In this document: positions 1 through 10,735 of the stretch, in pieces
How positions within the stretch are numbered: the first letter of the stretch is position 1
Layout: each line of letters begins with the position of its first letter
NCBI GenBank assembly: GCA_050010755.1
Contig: JBEKKK010000001.1
Span: forward strand, 928,001 to 992,000
Source of the DNA: Candidatus Bathyarchaeia archaeon
Lineage (GTDB): Archaea; Thermoproteota; Bathyarchaeia; Bathyarchaeales; Bathycorpusculaceae
Length of the DNA: 64,000 bases
Direction: 5' to 3'
Notes under the pieces: generated by a model
Seen by the model: only the letters and a program-made list of their open reading frames with translations
Databases searched by the model: none
Told to the model about the DNA's origin: nothing
Translations under genes and position numbers: made by a program

Positions 1-99
1 GAATACGATACACAAAAAATCATTCTTTCCAAGATCACTGAACGCATTGAAAAACTCGGCTACCAAGTTGAGATATTATCAAGAGAGGAACTTCAATGA
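1..99 (+). CDS. Partial (3' end) heavy-metal-associated (CopZ/HMA) chaperone
   Basis: Frame 1 reads EYDTQKIILSKITERIEKLGYQVEILSREELQ*, resembling an HMA C-terminus (I..LGY). Its TGA overlaps the ATG of the downstream ATPase. Confidence 0.65.
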   Translation, partial: EYDTQKIILSKITERIEKLGYQVEILSREELQ

Positions 100-2048
100 A
101 AAGTCATATCGGGGGCCTTATTTTAGTAATTTTACTTGGGCTATTCGCTTTAGCAGGTGCCCTAATTCCTCGAACTCAAGTAGCTTATGCGCATGAAATT
201 AGCATTATTTTGACTTTGATCGCCGTTGCGCTGGGCTACCGCATCTATTTGCATGGCATTCGATCTCTGCGGCATGGGAACGTTACCGCCCAGTTGTTTG
301 CAACTATCGCCATCTTTATTTCAGTAGTAGCTGGTCTCATGTTACCCTCGGCATCAGCCACTGGCACTGCAGAAGCAGTCGGTTACCTCACAGCATCAGC
401 AATAGTGGCATTCATAATACTCGCAGGTATGACGCTTGAGGACTACATCATCCATAGAACAAGAGGTGCACTTGAGGCTCTCACAAAGATGAGTCCCACT
501 ACAGCTCGCATACGTCGAGACGGTGTAGAAGTTGAAGTACCTATAGACGAGGTCAAGTTAGGCGAAATCGTCTTAGTCAAACCAGGCGACAAAATACCCG
601 TTGACGGAACAGTAATTTCCGGACACAGCACCGTTAACCAAGCAACCATAACGGGTGAATCAATTCCTGCGGAAAAGACGGCGGGGGATCGCACATTTGC
701 TGGTACACTCAATGAACATGGAGCATTGGAAATTAAGGTTGAAAAAATCGCTGAGGACACTACCCTTGCCCACCTCATCCAACTAGTTGAAGAAGCTCAA
801 GAGAAAAAAGCACCGATACAGAACGTTGCAGATCGGTTTACTACTTACTTCTTGCCAATCATGGCAATTTTATCTTCTTCTGTCTTTGCCGTCAGTTACT
901 TCGCGCTCGGTTTTGACGTGGCACTAGCTAGAACCGTAACCGTGCTCTTGGTCGCATGCCCCTGCGCGCTTTCAATAGCTGTTCCAGTCGCTGTTGCCAG
1001 TACTATCGGTAATGCCAGCATGAACGGCATAATAATCAAGGGTGGTACACACATTGAGAAACTGAAGGACGTTAAGCTGGTCGCCTTCGACAAAACTGGC
1101 ACGTTGACCGTCGGCGAACCCAAAGTTGTTGAGATAAAAACCTTCGGTAATTACTCTGAGGCAGACGTAATAAAGTATGCAGCAGTTGCTGAGAAATTCT
1201 CAGAACATCCCCTGTCCAAAGCCATCATCGCCAAGGCAACTGAGATGGGCATGAAAATTCCTGACCCTACAGAATTCAAAACTATTCCGGGACACGGCGT
1301 GGACGCCTATTATGGAAACAAGCATATCCTAATTGGAACTAAGATGATGGAAACGGAGATTTCAGAAGAAGCGAATAAGTTGATGAATCGGGTTGAAAGC
1401 GAGGGGAGGACAGCTATTCCAGTAGCACTTGACAAAAATGTCATTGGTGTCATTGTTGTGGCTGACACAGTCAGGGAGAATTCTTTGGAAGCTATACATA
1501 GGCTCAAGCGGTTGGGAGTCAAGACTGCCATGATAACTGGCGACAATACGCGGACTGCCAAATCTATCGCTGAGCAGACCGGAGTTGATGAGTACCATGC
1601 TGAGCTTTTACCTGAACAGAAAGTTGCGGTCATTCGGGAAATGAAAAAAGGCAATGTTGTTGCGATGGTTGGTGACGGCGTGAATGATGCTCCTGCGTTG
1701 GCTAATGCGGACGTTGGGTTTGCGATGGGTGCCGCTGGTAGCGATGTGGCGGTTGAGACTGCGGACGTGGCTCTGCTTGGAGACGACTTGACAAAGGTTG
1801 AATATGCGATAAGCCTGAGTCGGAAGGCGTTTACCAGAATGAGGGGAAACATAGTTTACGCTTTCATCTGGAACATAGTCGCATTGAGTTTGGCCGCCCT
1901 AGGCATCCTAAATCCAGTCCTAGCCGTTGTTCTTGCAGAAGCCGGATGCATATCAGTGGTAATCAATTCCGCTTTACTGCTGCTGAGTAAGCCAAAGCCT
2001 CTACCGCACGCGATAACCGTTGGTACTGAAGCTCATCCTGTCACGTAA
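96..2048 (+). CDS. Heavy-metal translocating P1B-type ATPase
   Basis: TGES, CPC, DKTGTLT, SEHP and GDGVNDAP motifs. Confidence 0.95.
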   Translation: MKSHIGGLILVILLGLFALAGALIPRTQVAYAHEISIILTLIAVALGYRIYLHGIRSLRHGNVTAQLFATIAIFISVVAGLMLPSASATGTAEAVGYLTASAIVAFIILAGMTLEDYIIHRTRGALEALTKMSPTTARIRRDGVEVEVPIDEVKLGEIVLVKPGDKIPVDGTVISGHSTVNQATITGESIPAEKTAGDRTFAGTLNEHGALEIKVEKIAEDTTLAHLIQLVEEAQEKKAPIQNVADRFTTYFLPIMAILSSSVFAVSYFALGFDVALARTVTVLLVACPCALSIAVPVAVASTIGNASMNGIIIKGGTHIEKLKDVKLVAFDKTGTLTVGEPKVVEIKTFGNYSEADVIKYAAVAEKFSEHPLSKAIIAKATEMGMKIPDPTEFKTIPGHGVDAYYGNKHILIGTKMMETEISEEANKLMNRVESEGRTAIPVALDKNVIGVIVVADTVRENSLEAIHRLKRLGVKTAMITGDNTRTAKSIAEQTGVDEYHAELLPEQKVAVIREMKKGNVVAMVGDGVNDAPALANADVGFAMGAAGSDVAVETADVALLGDDLTKVEYAISLSRKAFTRMRGNIVYAFIWNIVALSLAALGILNPVLAVVLAEAGCISVVINSALLLLSKPKPLPHAITVGTEAHPVT

Positions 2049-2057
2049 ATAGTGCGC

Positions 2058-2624
2058 TCATATCTTTTTTCCGATTGAGAACGTTTTTCCTATGGGTTTC
2101 CCAACTTTATGATATGTCATTTGTGCAGGATTCCACAGGATCGGTTTCACTTTTTCAATGTCTGGAAGGTTCTTTTCATTAAGCACAAGAGAATCAGCTT
2201 TGACATCCATGACTTCACCTATGAACTCCGTGTGTAGCCCAATTTTAACTATCTGAATAACCTTGCACTCTATTATCAGAGGAAATTCTTTCACATAGGG
2301 TGCATCAACAAGATCGCTTTTCACAGGAGTGAGTCCAGTTGCTGAGAATTTATCCACCGTTTTCCCCGAAGTGATGCCAAAATAATCAGCCTCCTTGGCA
2401 TGGGTTTCGGATGGAATCTTCACTGTGAACGATTTCCGTTCCATAATATTTCTATAGGTATACGTAGCTTTTCTCAGAGATACATAGATACACGGCGGCT
2501 GGGAACAACAAATTCCTCCCCAAGCAGCAGTCATAACATTTGGTTTTCCCTCTCGATCATAAGTTCCCACAACCCAGACGGGTGTCGTGGGAACGATAGT
2601 CTCTGCACCCAAAGATATTTTCAT
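2058..2624 (-). CDS. Flavin reductase family protein (flavoredoxin-like)
   Basis: [11 protein letters not shown]...[28 protein letters not shown]. Confidence 0.9.
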   Translation of the reverse strand: MKISLGAETIVPTTPVWVVGTYDREGKPNVMTAAWGGICCSQPPCIYVSLRKATYTYRNIMERKSFTVKIPSETHAKEADYFGITSGKTVDKFSATGLTPVKSDLVDAPYVKEFPLIIECKVIQIVKIGLHTEFIGEVMDVKADSLVLNEKNLPDIEKVKPILWNPAQMTYHKVGKPIGKTFSIGKKI

Positions 2625-2704
2625 AAGAAACCTCCTAACGCGCGTTCTTCGAAATCGTCCATATTAAGATGTCTAGTGTATTTGATCTGCTTTCATTGTC
2701 TCTG

Positions 2705-3541
2705 TCAGTTTTTGGGTTTGATGGCTGAGACTTTCACGCTTGCAACAGTGGTGGCGATCTTTCTGATTTCTTGTTGCGGTATCTTCGAAGTTTTAACTAT
2801 TGCTTGTGCGGTGGGGTCGTTTGCCATGTTTTCGACTGGGAACTGGTTTTCTTCGGTTATCTTGACTTCCTTGAAACCAGCATCTTCTATCATCTGCAGA
2901 TATTTGCCTTTCATCTCTGCGCCTGAGATGCATCCGACGTATGCTTGAACGTTCCTTTTTATGATTTCAGGTAGTTTTTTTGACAGCACGATGTCCGAAA
3001 CCATAAGTCTTCCACCTGGTTTCAGTGTTCTGAAGGCTTCTTGGAATACACGTTTCTTGTCTGTTGACAGGTTTATGACGCAGTTCGAGATTAAGACGTC
3101 TACTGTGCTGTCGGCCACTGGCAGGTTTTCTATTTCCCCCAGCCTGAACTCCACGTTATCGTATTTGCCCTTCCTCGCGTTCTCCCTTGCCTTGTCAAGC
3201 ATCTCAGGCGTCATGTCCACGCCAATGATTTTGCCCGTCTTTCCGACCTTGTTTGCCGCCAGGAAACAGTCAAATCCTCCGCCAGAGCCCAAGTCCAGAA
3301 CGGTTTCTCCTTTCTTGAGAGAAGCCAACGCGACAGGGTTGCCGCATCCGAGACCAAGATTCGCGCCTTCTGGAACAGAACTCATTTCCTCTTCACTGTA
3401 GCCTACTCTCCTGCTGATGTCCTTGCTCACACTAGAAGCATTAGAGTCACATGGATTTGAGGTGCCGCAGCAGGATCTGTTGCTTTTGGCAGCCTTCGCG
3501 TATCCCTCGCGGACTACTTTTCTGACATTTTCTTCTTTCAT
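2705..3541 (-). CDS. arsM: Arsenite S-adenosylmethionine methyltransferase
   Basis: N-terminal SCC, GLGCGNP, VLDLGSGGGFD, ISNCVINL, GCISGA. Confidence 0.92.
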   Translation of the reverse strand: MKEENVRKVVREGYAKAAKSNRSCCGTSNPCDSNASSVSKDISRRVGYSEEEMSSVPEGANLGLGCGNPVALASLKKGETVLDLGSGGGFDCFLAANKVGKTGKIIGVDMTPEMLDKARENARKGKYDNVEFRLGEIENLPVADSTVDVLISNCVINLSTDKKRVFQEAFRTLKPGGRLMVSDIVLSKKLPEIIKRNVQAYVGCISGAEMKGKYLQMIEDAGFKEVKITEENQFPVENMANDPTAQAIVKTSKIPQQEIRKIATTVASVKVSAIKPKN

Positions 3542-3573
3542 GTTTTCATGTCCTGTTTGTTAGATCGTAAAGC

Positions 3574-3879
3574 TCAAACCTGGGTGCAACCACATTGGTC
3601 GTCATGATCTACCCATTCTTTGACTTCTTCTTCTGTCGAGCCGAATGGGCATTCATCCGAGTTGTTCGCGATATCTTTTCCAGTAAGGGTTGAGGCGAGT
3701 TTGTCCATTTTGCCGAATGCCCCCTTCCTGACGACTCTTCCTATGGCGAGTGCTTCGAGAATTTCCTTTTTGTCTGCTCCTGCTGACTTGGCTTGTGTGA
3801 GAGCGGTTTTGAGGCAAGGTTGGCAATTGGCGGTTACGGAAGCTCCGACTGCTATCAGCAACTTCGTTTTGTTTTCCAT
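3574..3879 (-). CDS. Carboxymuconolactone decarboxylase/AhpD-like protein
   Basis: LIAVGASVTANCQPCL CxxC motif; lies directly upstream of arsM on the same strand. Confidence 0.8.
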   Translation of the reverse strand: MENKTKLLIAVGASVTANCQPCLKTALTQAKSAGADKKEILEALAIGRVVRKGAFGKMDKLASTLTGKDIANNSDECPFGSTEEEVKEWVDHDDQCGCTQV

Positions 3880-3901
3880 TTTAATCCTCCTGTTTCATTT
3901 A

Positions 3902-3968
3902 ACTACTAAGTGAGAGTAGTAGAAAACTATTTAAGGCTTTTCTGACTCCTACTTACTGGAAGTAGGAG
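3902..3968. promoter_or_regulatory. Two CTACT-N7-AGTAG inverted repeats flanking a TATA box; probable TrmB operators
   Basis: ACTACT-AAGTGAG-AGTAGT (3902-3920) and CTCCTACTT-ACTGG-AAGTAGGAG (3946-3968), with TATTTAAG between them, in the divergent promoter region. Confidence 0.7.
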
Positions 3969-3976
3969 AAAACAGA

Positions 3977-4777
3977 GTGAGCATTAACGAAACAGTCGCT
4001 CGAGACCGGTTAGTTTCGAGGCTTAGAGAATTGGAATTGTCAACACATGAAGCGTTGATTTATCTCGCGCTTCTAGCGCATCCCAGAACAACGGCGAGCG
4101 CCCTGTGCAAGGAAACAGGCATTCCCGACTCAAAAATCTACTACGCACTCGACGGGCTCGCCAAGAAAAACATGCTAATTGTTCAGAAAGGCAACCCAAA
4201 CATCTACGTGCCTGTGTCGCCAAAGGAAGCTGTCGCTAACCTGAAACAGCAATTGACAGAGAGACTCAATGAAAGAATGAAAGAGGCGGACGTTCTGGTC
4301 GACATTTTGATGCCAATGTATGAAAGCACAGGAGAGCGGGAGGAACTAGAATTGGCCTACATCATCCGAGGACAAAAGAACATCATCAACAGAATGAAAG
4401 CACTAATCGAAACAGCACGGAAGGAAATCACAATTTTCATCTCTTACCCAGCAGTTATCAGAGCTGTTAAACAGTCATTGACAGATTCAAAGGAGAAACG
4501 CAGAGTCAAACTGAACATAGCAATGACTCAGGAGGTTTTCGAAAAAGAAAAACCGTCAGACCTCGGCGAAATCCGATTGCTATGTTGCTCGGTCGACTCG
4601 CTTGGATTGATAATCTCGGACATGAAAACGCTCTTAACAGTGTCAGACTGGATGGACGGGGCCGCGTTGCTCACACAAGATCAAAACTTGATTAGGGTCA
4701 CCAAAGACTATTTTGACAGCCCTGCGTGCTGCACAAAGATACGTTCTGAGAAAACGAAAAACCTGTCCCAGGTTTAA
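3977..4777 (+). CDS. TrmB family transcriptional regulator
   Basis: LS.HEA.IYLALL, TGIPDSKIY..L..L..K wHTH; C-terminal TrmB sensor-like region with two CC pairs. Confidence 0.9.
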   Translation: MSINETVARDRLVSRLRELELSTHEALIYLALLAHPRTTASALCKETGIPDSKIYYALDGLAKKNMLIVQKGNPNIYVPVSPKEAVANLKQQLTERLNERMKEADVLVDILMPMYESTGEREELELAYIIRGQKNIINRMKALIETARKEITIFISYPAVIRAVKQSLTDSKEKRRVKLNIAMTQEVFEKEKPSDLGEIRLLCCSVDSLGLIISDMKTLLTVSDWMDGAALLTQDQNLIRVTKDYFDSPACCTKIRSEKTKNLSQV

Positions 4778-4891
4778 CACATTAACAACCTCCATACGGA
4801 CCTGTCCGTCCGCGACTTCACCTCACGCAGGTCTAAACTCTCCGTGTCGCACTCTTCAGAAATTAGCCGATTGCATGCGCTTCGAATGCGT

Positions 4892-5621
4892 TTATAGAGG
4901 TTTGGTCTGTGGTAGCGATCTTTCCTTTCTGCGTCGAGCAGTAGCTCCGGCAACTCCGACTAGAGCCGTCATGATGATCACAATGACCAAGGGCGAAAAC
5001 TCTGGCACCACAGTCGTCCAAGCGTTCGTGGCCACAAGAACGTAGCTCATGTTCAACGTGACACCTTCACCCGTCACATTGTCGACTTCGGAAACGCTAA
5101 CCGGCACGCCCGTCGCTACATCCCAATACGCATTCAAAGTATCGTTCTCCGCTCCTGTCACATTGCTCTGGATAGAGTGATCCGTCGGTCTCCCACCCAT
5201 AGTAACGGTTTCGTTCGCCCACGATCCCGAGTTCGGATAGGTCGGCTCGTCAACACTCAGGTTAGCGGCAACTAAATTCCAATTTATCGCTGTATTCGCC
5301 TTGTTCTCCGCCTCGCCGGTCGATACGTCCACAGACACCGTCGTTTTTTTTATCAGTTCCATTCTGGTACTGTCCCTCCAGCGAGTAAGTGACATTCGAA
5401 CCAGTCACGTCCGTAACAGTCGCCGTAACGTTAGTAACGCCGTACGCCCGCAAACCGACAATTTGAGCCTGAGAGCCAGACAGTGAAACATCATACTCAA
5501 AATAGTTCCCCATCTGAACACCTACACTCGAGTTCTGCGCACTTACCAGAGCCAACTGAGCTGAAAAAGCAAACGTCATCAAGAGAACAAGCATCCCCAT
5601 CAGCACAAATTCCCTTCTCAA
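4892..5621 (-). pseudogene. Secreted PEF-CTERM surface protein split by a +1 frameshift in an A8 tract
   Basis: Signal peptide ORF 5262..5621 and PEF-TM-RRRK ORF 4892..5395 fuse if one A is removed from the A8 run (5344-5351). Confidence 0.75.
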
Positions 5622-5893
5622 AGTCTCAATCCCTAAACAGTTCTCCGGGTTATCGCACTTAATTTGCCTAGACTTATTTAAGCGTTGGTGCCCGCGCTCA
5701 GTTTTCTGAGAATGTTCAGGAAATTCTCAGTTTCTTTCCTCTCCTAGTGCGCGCTATCGATTACGAAGTTACTACTACCAATTTAACGGGCGCCTAGGCG
5801 TGTGTGCTAGTCATTTCTCTTTTTTGACATATTAAGATGGCTGCAACTTCGCTTATATTACATCTTGACTAACTTTTCCTGAGGCTTAGGGAG

Positions 5894-6295
5894 ATGTGGG
5901 GAAGGAGAAGGCCATTACCGGAGAAATCCTTGAACATGACTGAGAAACTGTCGAATGAGGAGTTCTGGAAACTCATGGGCATTCTGAAAAGTTCTGGTGG
6001 GGAGTGGCCTGGGGATAGAACACAGGCACCTGGAGAAGTGGCGAAATCACTGACGTGGAGAAGGAAAGAGTTTTGGAACAAGAAGAACTGTGAACCAAGG
6101 CGCAAGAAAAGCATAGAAGAAGCGATTAATACGAACGTAGCCAGAGAACAAAAGTCGCAAAAGCAACTGCTCACACTATGGAAGGATGGGCCCACGCGGA
6201 CTAAGGAAGAAATACCTGACAAAGTTTTTCAGATATTGCAGAAGCAGCACGGTGTAGGAGAAGACGATAGTCAAGGGGCTGAGGCTAACCGATGA
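5894..6295 (+). CDS. Hypothetical protein
   Basis: Open 133-aa ORF between two GCGCGC sites; no recognisable motif. Confidence 0.45.
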   Translation: MWGRRRPLPEKSLNMTEKLSNEEFWKLMGILKSSGGEWPGDRTQAPGEVAKSLTWRRKEFWNKKNCEPRRKKSIEEAINTNVAREQKSQKQLLTLWKDGPTRTKEEIPDKVFQILQKQHGVGEDDSQGAEANR

Positions 6296-6390
6296 CTAAG
6301 ACTAAAACAAGATTGGTGGTAAGAGCCGTATACAGCAATGGTAGGACAAGGATAGTTAGTCAGTATAAATTCTTAGATAACATGGGTTAG

Positions 6391-6612
6391 AGCGCGCTTC
6401 ATGTTAACCGCAAAGTCTTTGAGCAAACTTCTAAATTCAAGATAATCCCTAACCTACTGCCCCTAACGTAGACATAAAGGATTCTAGGAGAAAGCTTCTC
6501 TCCTTTACAGTTCAATTTTGAACTGCTGAAATGCTTGAGGCATTGTTGAAGAAACCAAGCAATCAAACCCTTATTACCTGACTCTATGGTGCCTTAACGT
6601 CTAGCGCGCACG
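6391..6612. repeat. Non-coding ~220-bp unit, copy 1 (copy 2 at 19629-19858), bounded by GCGCGC sites
   Basis: Colinear similarity from AGCGCGCTTCATG to CTAGCG(C/T)GCACGG; internal hairpin AGGAGA..TCTCCT. Confidence 0.9.
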
Positions 6613-6836
6613 GAAGGATTTTAGTGAACATTCGAGCCAAGCTAGTGAAGAAAGGCATGTTCGGTGCAGCAGGAATAGTGCGCGCGAACCAGGCGAAAAC
6701 ACCCTCAGGCTGCTCAGTTGTTTTTCCACTTTATAAGTAAGTGTGCGTAGTATAGGGCAGTAGCGTTTTGTTGTTGAACGACGATAAGCACGGCAACTTC
6801 ACACGTTACACTCAATAATAAGAAGGATGATGGAAA

Positions 6837-7124
6837 ATGTCGGAAAAATCAGGAATCGTTTTCATAGGAAGCAAAACATCAATGGACTATGTTCTCGCGG
6901 TTATCACCAGACTATCTGCTGGCGATGCAAAGGAAGTAACCTTGAAAGCACGAGGACGAGCAATCGCAACAGCTGTTGACGTAGCTGAAATAACCAGAAG
7001 ACGCTTTCTAAAAGACCTAAAAATAGGCAGAATTGCTATCGGGACAGAGGAGATGCCGGCAAGGGAAGGCGAAAACAGATCACGGATGGTTTCAACGCTG
7101 GAAATAACTCTTGTAAAAGAGTAG
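6837..7124 (+). CDS. albA: DNA/RNA-binding protein Alba
   Basis: VFIGSK..MDYVLAV, LKARGRAI..AVDVAEI, VSTLEI. Confidence 0.92.
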   Translation: MSEKSGIVFIGSKTSMDYVLAVITRLSAGDAKEVTLKARGRAIATAVDVAEITRRRFLKDLKIGRIAIGTEEMPAREGENRSRMVSTLEITLVKE

Positions 7125-7199
7125 GAAAACCTTGCGAAGCAAATGCGCTAACGCAATAAGAGTGAGGGACTATTTAGAAACGGGCACCGATGAAAAACA

Positions 7200-8462
7200 A
7201 TGAAGCTTGCTGTTCTGGTCTACGAGTATCCCCCAAAGATTGTCGGTGGCTTGGGAACTTATTCGGCTGAGATAACTCGTCAATTTGTTCTCATGGGCAA
7301 TGACGTTACAGTTTTCACTATGAATGATGATGCAGGTAGCCTACCGACGCGTGATATTTGGCACGGTATCGAAATTCATCGGCCGCAACACGTCGACATT
7401 TCTCAATCGTTGCCCGATGTGGTTGCAGAAGACATAAAGGGATGGGGCAGTGGGATACAGTGGTTCTCAAGAATTCTTATGTACAATTATCTGAGCGCCG
7501 CAAAACTCGTTAATGAGTTGATAAGAAAAGAAGGCGAGAAGTTTGACATTATCGTTGCTCATGACTGGCTTTCAGCCATAGGAGGAATGACTGTCAAGCA
7601 AGAGGCAGCATTGCCTTTTGCGTTCCACGTTCACTCGACAGAGAAAGGAAGAACGTTTGGAAAAGGCTCAGTTACGGTGAGCAACATTGAACTCCATGCC
7701 GGCAAGGCGGCTGACCTCATCGTGACAGTTTCTCACGCGATGAAGGATGAGCTGGTAGGCCTCGAATTTCCGAAAGAGAAAATCGAAGTCGCCTACAACG
7801 GCGTCGACCCAAAGAAATACGATCCAGCAACAGTGACTTCTGCGCAGATCAAGAATGTTAGAGCTATGTATGGTATCAAAGACGATGACTACATGATTCT
7901 TTTCATAGGCAGACTCGTTAGCGTCAAAGGCGTTGACAAGCTTATCTTGGCGCTGCCCCACATTCTGCAGAAAAATCCAAAGGCGAAGCTTGTGATTGTG
8001 GGTCAGGGCGAATTGCAAGAGTACCTGATGAATTTGGTCAAAACCACGAAAATGAGCGATTTCGTGAAGTTCCGTTTCGAGTTCATCTCAGAAGAGGAAC
8101 GCATTCTCCACTACGCAGCGTGCGACGTCGCAGTTTTCCCAAGCTTCTATGAACCCTTCGGAATAGTGGTTCTCGAGGCAATGAGTATGGAGCGACCGGT
8201 TGTCATCGGCGCAGCCGGCATCAGCGGTATGCGGGAGATAGTCCTTTATCACGGCGAGGAACAGTGCGGTTATCACGTAGATCCAAGCAACCCTTCAGAC
8301 ATAGCCTGGGGCATAAACTGCGTCTTGGAAAACGATGAGAAAAGAAAGTGGCTGGGCAAAAACGGCAGACGCAGAGTCCTGAAAGAGTTCACGTGGGAAA
8401 AAATAGCTGAAAAAACACTGGGGCTCTATGAACACATCATCAAACGCGCGCCCAAAAGCTAA
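7200..8462 (+). CDS. Glycosyltransferase family 4 (glycogen synthase-like)
   Basis: EYPPKIVGGLG, HDW, EPFGIVVLEAM. Confidence 0.92.
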   Translation: MKLAVLVYEYPPKIVGGLGTYSAEITRQFVLMGNDVTVFTMNDDAGSLPTRDIWHGIEIHRPQHVDISQSLPDVVAEDIKGWGSGIQWFSRILMYNYLSAAKLVNELIRKEGEKFDIIVAHDWLSAIGGMTVKQEAALPFAFHVHSTEKGRTFGKGSVTVSNIELHAGKAADLIVTVSHAMKDELVGLEFPKEKIEVAYNGVDPKKYDPATVTSAQIKNVRAMYGIKDDDYMILFIGRLVSVKGVDKLILALPHILQKNPKAKLVIVGQGELQEYLMNLVKTTKMSDFVKFRFEFISEEERILHYAACDVAVFPSFYEPFGIVVLEAMSMERPVVIGAAGISGMREIVLYHGEEQCGYHVDPSNPSDIAWGINCVLENDEKRKWLGKNGRRRVLKEFTWEKIAEKTLGLYEHIIKRAPKS

Positions 8463-8836
8463 AAGCCAAGTGTTCAGAGCGCGCGCAACACTGCTGGTTG
8501 GATTTAGCTTTGCCTATGGAGTGTTCCTGGAAAACCGGTTGAACTAGAGGATGACAAATGGCGTCAAGAGGATACATAGATTTCAACTTAGATTACTGGT
8601 GCGCGTTCTGTGGACGCAGAGTTCCTAAAGGACAGGAAAAACACGACGTTCTAGGCCGACCGATAGACTGGAAATGAAACGCGCGCTAATATGAAAATAT
8701 CATTCTTTTCAGAAAACGCAAATGAAAGACAATCTTTGTAGGGGTGCAGGCTCTCTTTAGCGGCAACCCGCTTGGATTTCGAATTCATAAATTCTTTATC
8801 ACTTTGCGATTATATTTGTTGGATGGAAGTCTTGAA

Positions 8837-9457
8837 ATGGCAAAGATGAAACAGGAAAGCATTGCAGACTTTCTGCATTGTGCTAGCCTTTTAGAAGAAA
8901 GAGCATATTCACTTTACAAGAATCTCGCCGACAAAGTGAATCTTCCATTAGTCAATGCCTTGCTGCTTCATATAGCGTACGATAGTCGCAAACATTCAGT
9001 ACTCCTCAAGGGAATAACCGGAAGCATTGCTAAACCCAAAAAGCAACCAAAAAACTACGAGAAGAAGCTCTTTTTTGGCAAAACATGGACTTTAATCGAG
9101 AATCTCGCAGAAGAGATTGCCAAAGAACAGAGGATACCCAAAAAGAGCTTGGCGTCATTGGTGAAGAAACTGATGCTCCTGGAGAGCACTGTTGGCCAAG
9201 AATATTACATCTTGGTTCAGCTGAAGACGCTTCAATACATGACTAGAGAAATACGTGAGACCTACAATGTGGATATAAAAGACCTGAGGGATATTCTTGC
9301 AACCATAATCAAGGACGAAGAGATCCACAGAAAACTTCTGTCAAAAATGAAGAAAATTCTTTTAGGAAAAGAAAAACAGACAGAAGATGAAGCACCACAG
9401 GTCAAGTACAAGAGCCCCGATTCATGGACAGCACACATACCAGCCGGGATAACATAG
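8837..9457 (+). CDS. Ferritin-like/rubrerythrin-like diiron protein
   Basis: LEERAY.LY, DS.KH, DEEIH motifs; stop TAG is part of TAGCGCGCTA. Confidence 0.7.
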   Translation: MAKMKQESIADFLHCASLLEERAYSLYKNLADKVNLPLVNALLLHIAYDSRKHSVLLKGITGSIAKPKKQPKNYEKKLFFGKTWTLIENLAEEIAKEQRIPKKSLASLVKKLMLLESTVGQEYYILVQLKTLQYMTREIRETYNVDIKDLRDILATIIKDEEIHRKLLSKMKKILLGKEKQTEDEAPQVKYKSPDSWTAHIPAGIT

Positions 9458-9722
9458 CGCGCTAACGTAGTTACAAGTTCAACTTATAAGATGGGCCACT
9501 GACAAAGCACTCCCGCAAGCTCACATCAACATTGGACAAGGATTCACAGTTTTTCTTGGTTTTGGTTTTTCAACATCTCTTGGGTCATTGAGGGTTTTAT
9601 TTTGAAGCCATCCCACAAGCTGATTGTTATTTGTGTAAGGCTGTTTCCATGCTGTTGTTCACGTCTAAAACAGAACCATTTTTAATATTCAGAAAATAAT
9701 CTTATTGTAGGTAGTTAAGAAA

Positions 9723-10079
9723 ATGAACTCAAAGGCTATTCCATTCCAAGTCATAGATTGGAAATCGAAACCAAAAACAGAATATAGGGGGGATAAGGGG
9801 CTTGCTTTTTGGCAAACGCTTCAATTAGAAGGGTTACGAATCAGAATTGTTGAGTATTCTCCCGGTTATCTTGCTGACCATTGGTGCAAGAAAGGCCACA
9901 TCGTTCATTGTTTGGAAGGAGAGTTTGTCAGCGAACTTGAAAATGGAAAGAAATTTCCTATCGAGAAGGGAATGACCTATGTTGTTTCCGATGATGAAAG
10001 TTCACATCGTTCATCAACGAAAAACGGTGCCAAATTGTTGATCATTGATGGTGACTTTTTACATTTGAAATCTGAATGA
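9723..10079 (+). CDS. DHCW-motif cupin fold protein
   Basis: YSPGYLADHWCKKGH. Confidence 0.88.
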   Translation: MNSKAIPFQVIDWKSKPKTEYRGDKGLAFWQTLQLEGLRIRIVEYSPGYLADHWCKKGHIVHCLEGEFVSELENGKKFPIEKGMTYVVSDDESSHRSSTKNGAKLLIIDGDFLHLKSE

Positions 10080-10197
10080 AAAAGATGACACGCGCACTTT
10101 TATTCGAAAAACCCTAGGAAATCGGTTGATGCTGGTGCAACTATTTTGAAAGAATTAATAGGAAAGAACGCGCCTCCTGTGTTCGGAGACCGCTCCT

Positions 10198-10545
10198 ATG
10201 ATCAAGAAACCAGAGTGGAAGCTTAACACTACTGTCACAAAGAAGATTCGGGTCCTAGACAAGGTTGAGGAGGAACGAGAGATCAATGCGTTTGACTCAG
10301 AAATGAATATGCCCTTTATTCTGGATGTTCCAGAAGGAGTTTCAATGGAGGAAATAGAAATCGGCAGATGGTATCGTGCGACATTTAAGGTCTACACGTC
10401 CAAATTGGTCCCCGAAATAGAAGAAGAATGGTCTAAGGTTGCGAAGCCAACTGGAGGTATCCGCGAAGGGATTGAACGAATGAAGCAACCGGGAGGGCAC
10501 GGGACCTTATATCTGTTCGAATTAGTTTCACTAAAATCGACATAG
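10198..10545 (+). CDS. Hypothetical protein
   Basis: 115-aa ORF; stop TAG begins the site variant TAGCGCACGC. Confidence 0.65.
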   Translation: MIKKPEWKLNTTVTKKIRVLDKVEEEREINAFDSEMNMPFILDVPEGVSMEEIEIGRWYRATFKVYTSKLVPEIEEEWSKVAKPTGGIREGIERMKQPGGHGTLYLFELVSLKST

Positions 10546-10735
10546 CGCACGCAGATTCTTCCGTTTGAAACTGATTTCAGACAAATTTCACGCTGGCGCG
10601 CGCTTTTTGAATTTTGAAGTTTCCGATGCTTCTTTTTACGCCTAAGGTGTGAATTCGGCTTGGGTCGAAAAACAGTGGGTTCGCGCAAGGCTTTAATTCA
10701 AACGGGTTCAAACAATAAAGTGGAGGGACGGGCTT

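Noticed and set aside
443-3401. Long antisense ORFs in the track (e.g. 1310..1852, 2400..2948, 2961..3401) and similar ones elsewhere
   Set aside because: Shadow frames of well-supported genes on the opposite strand
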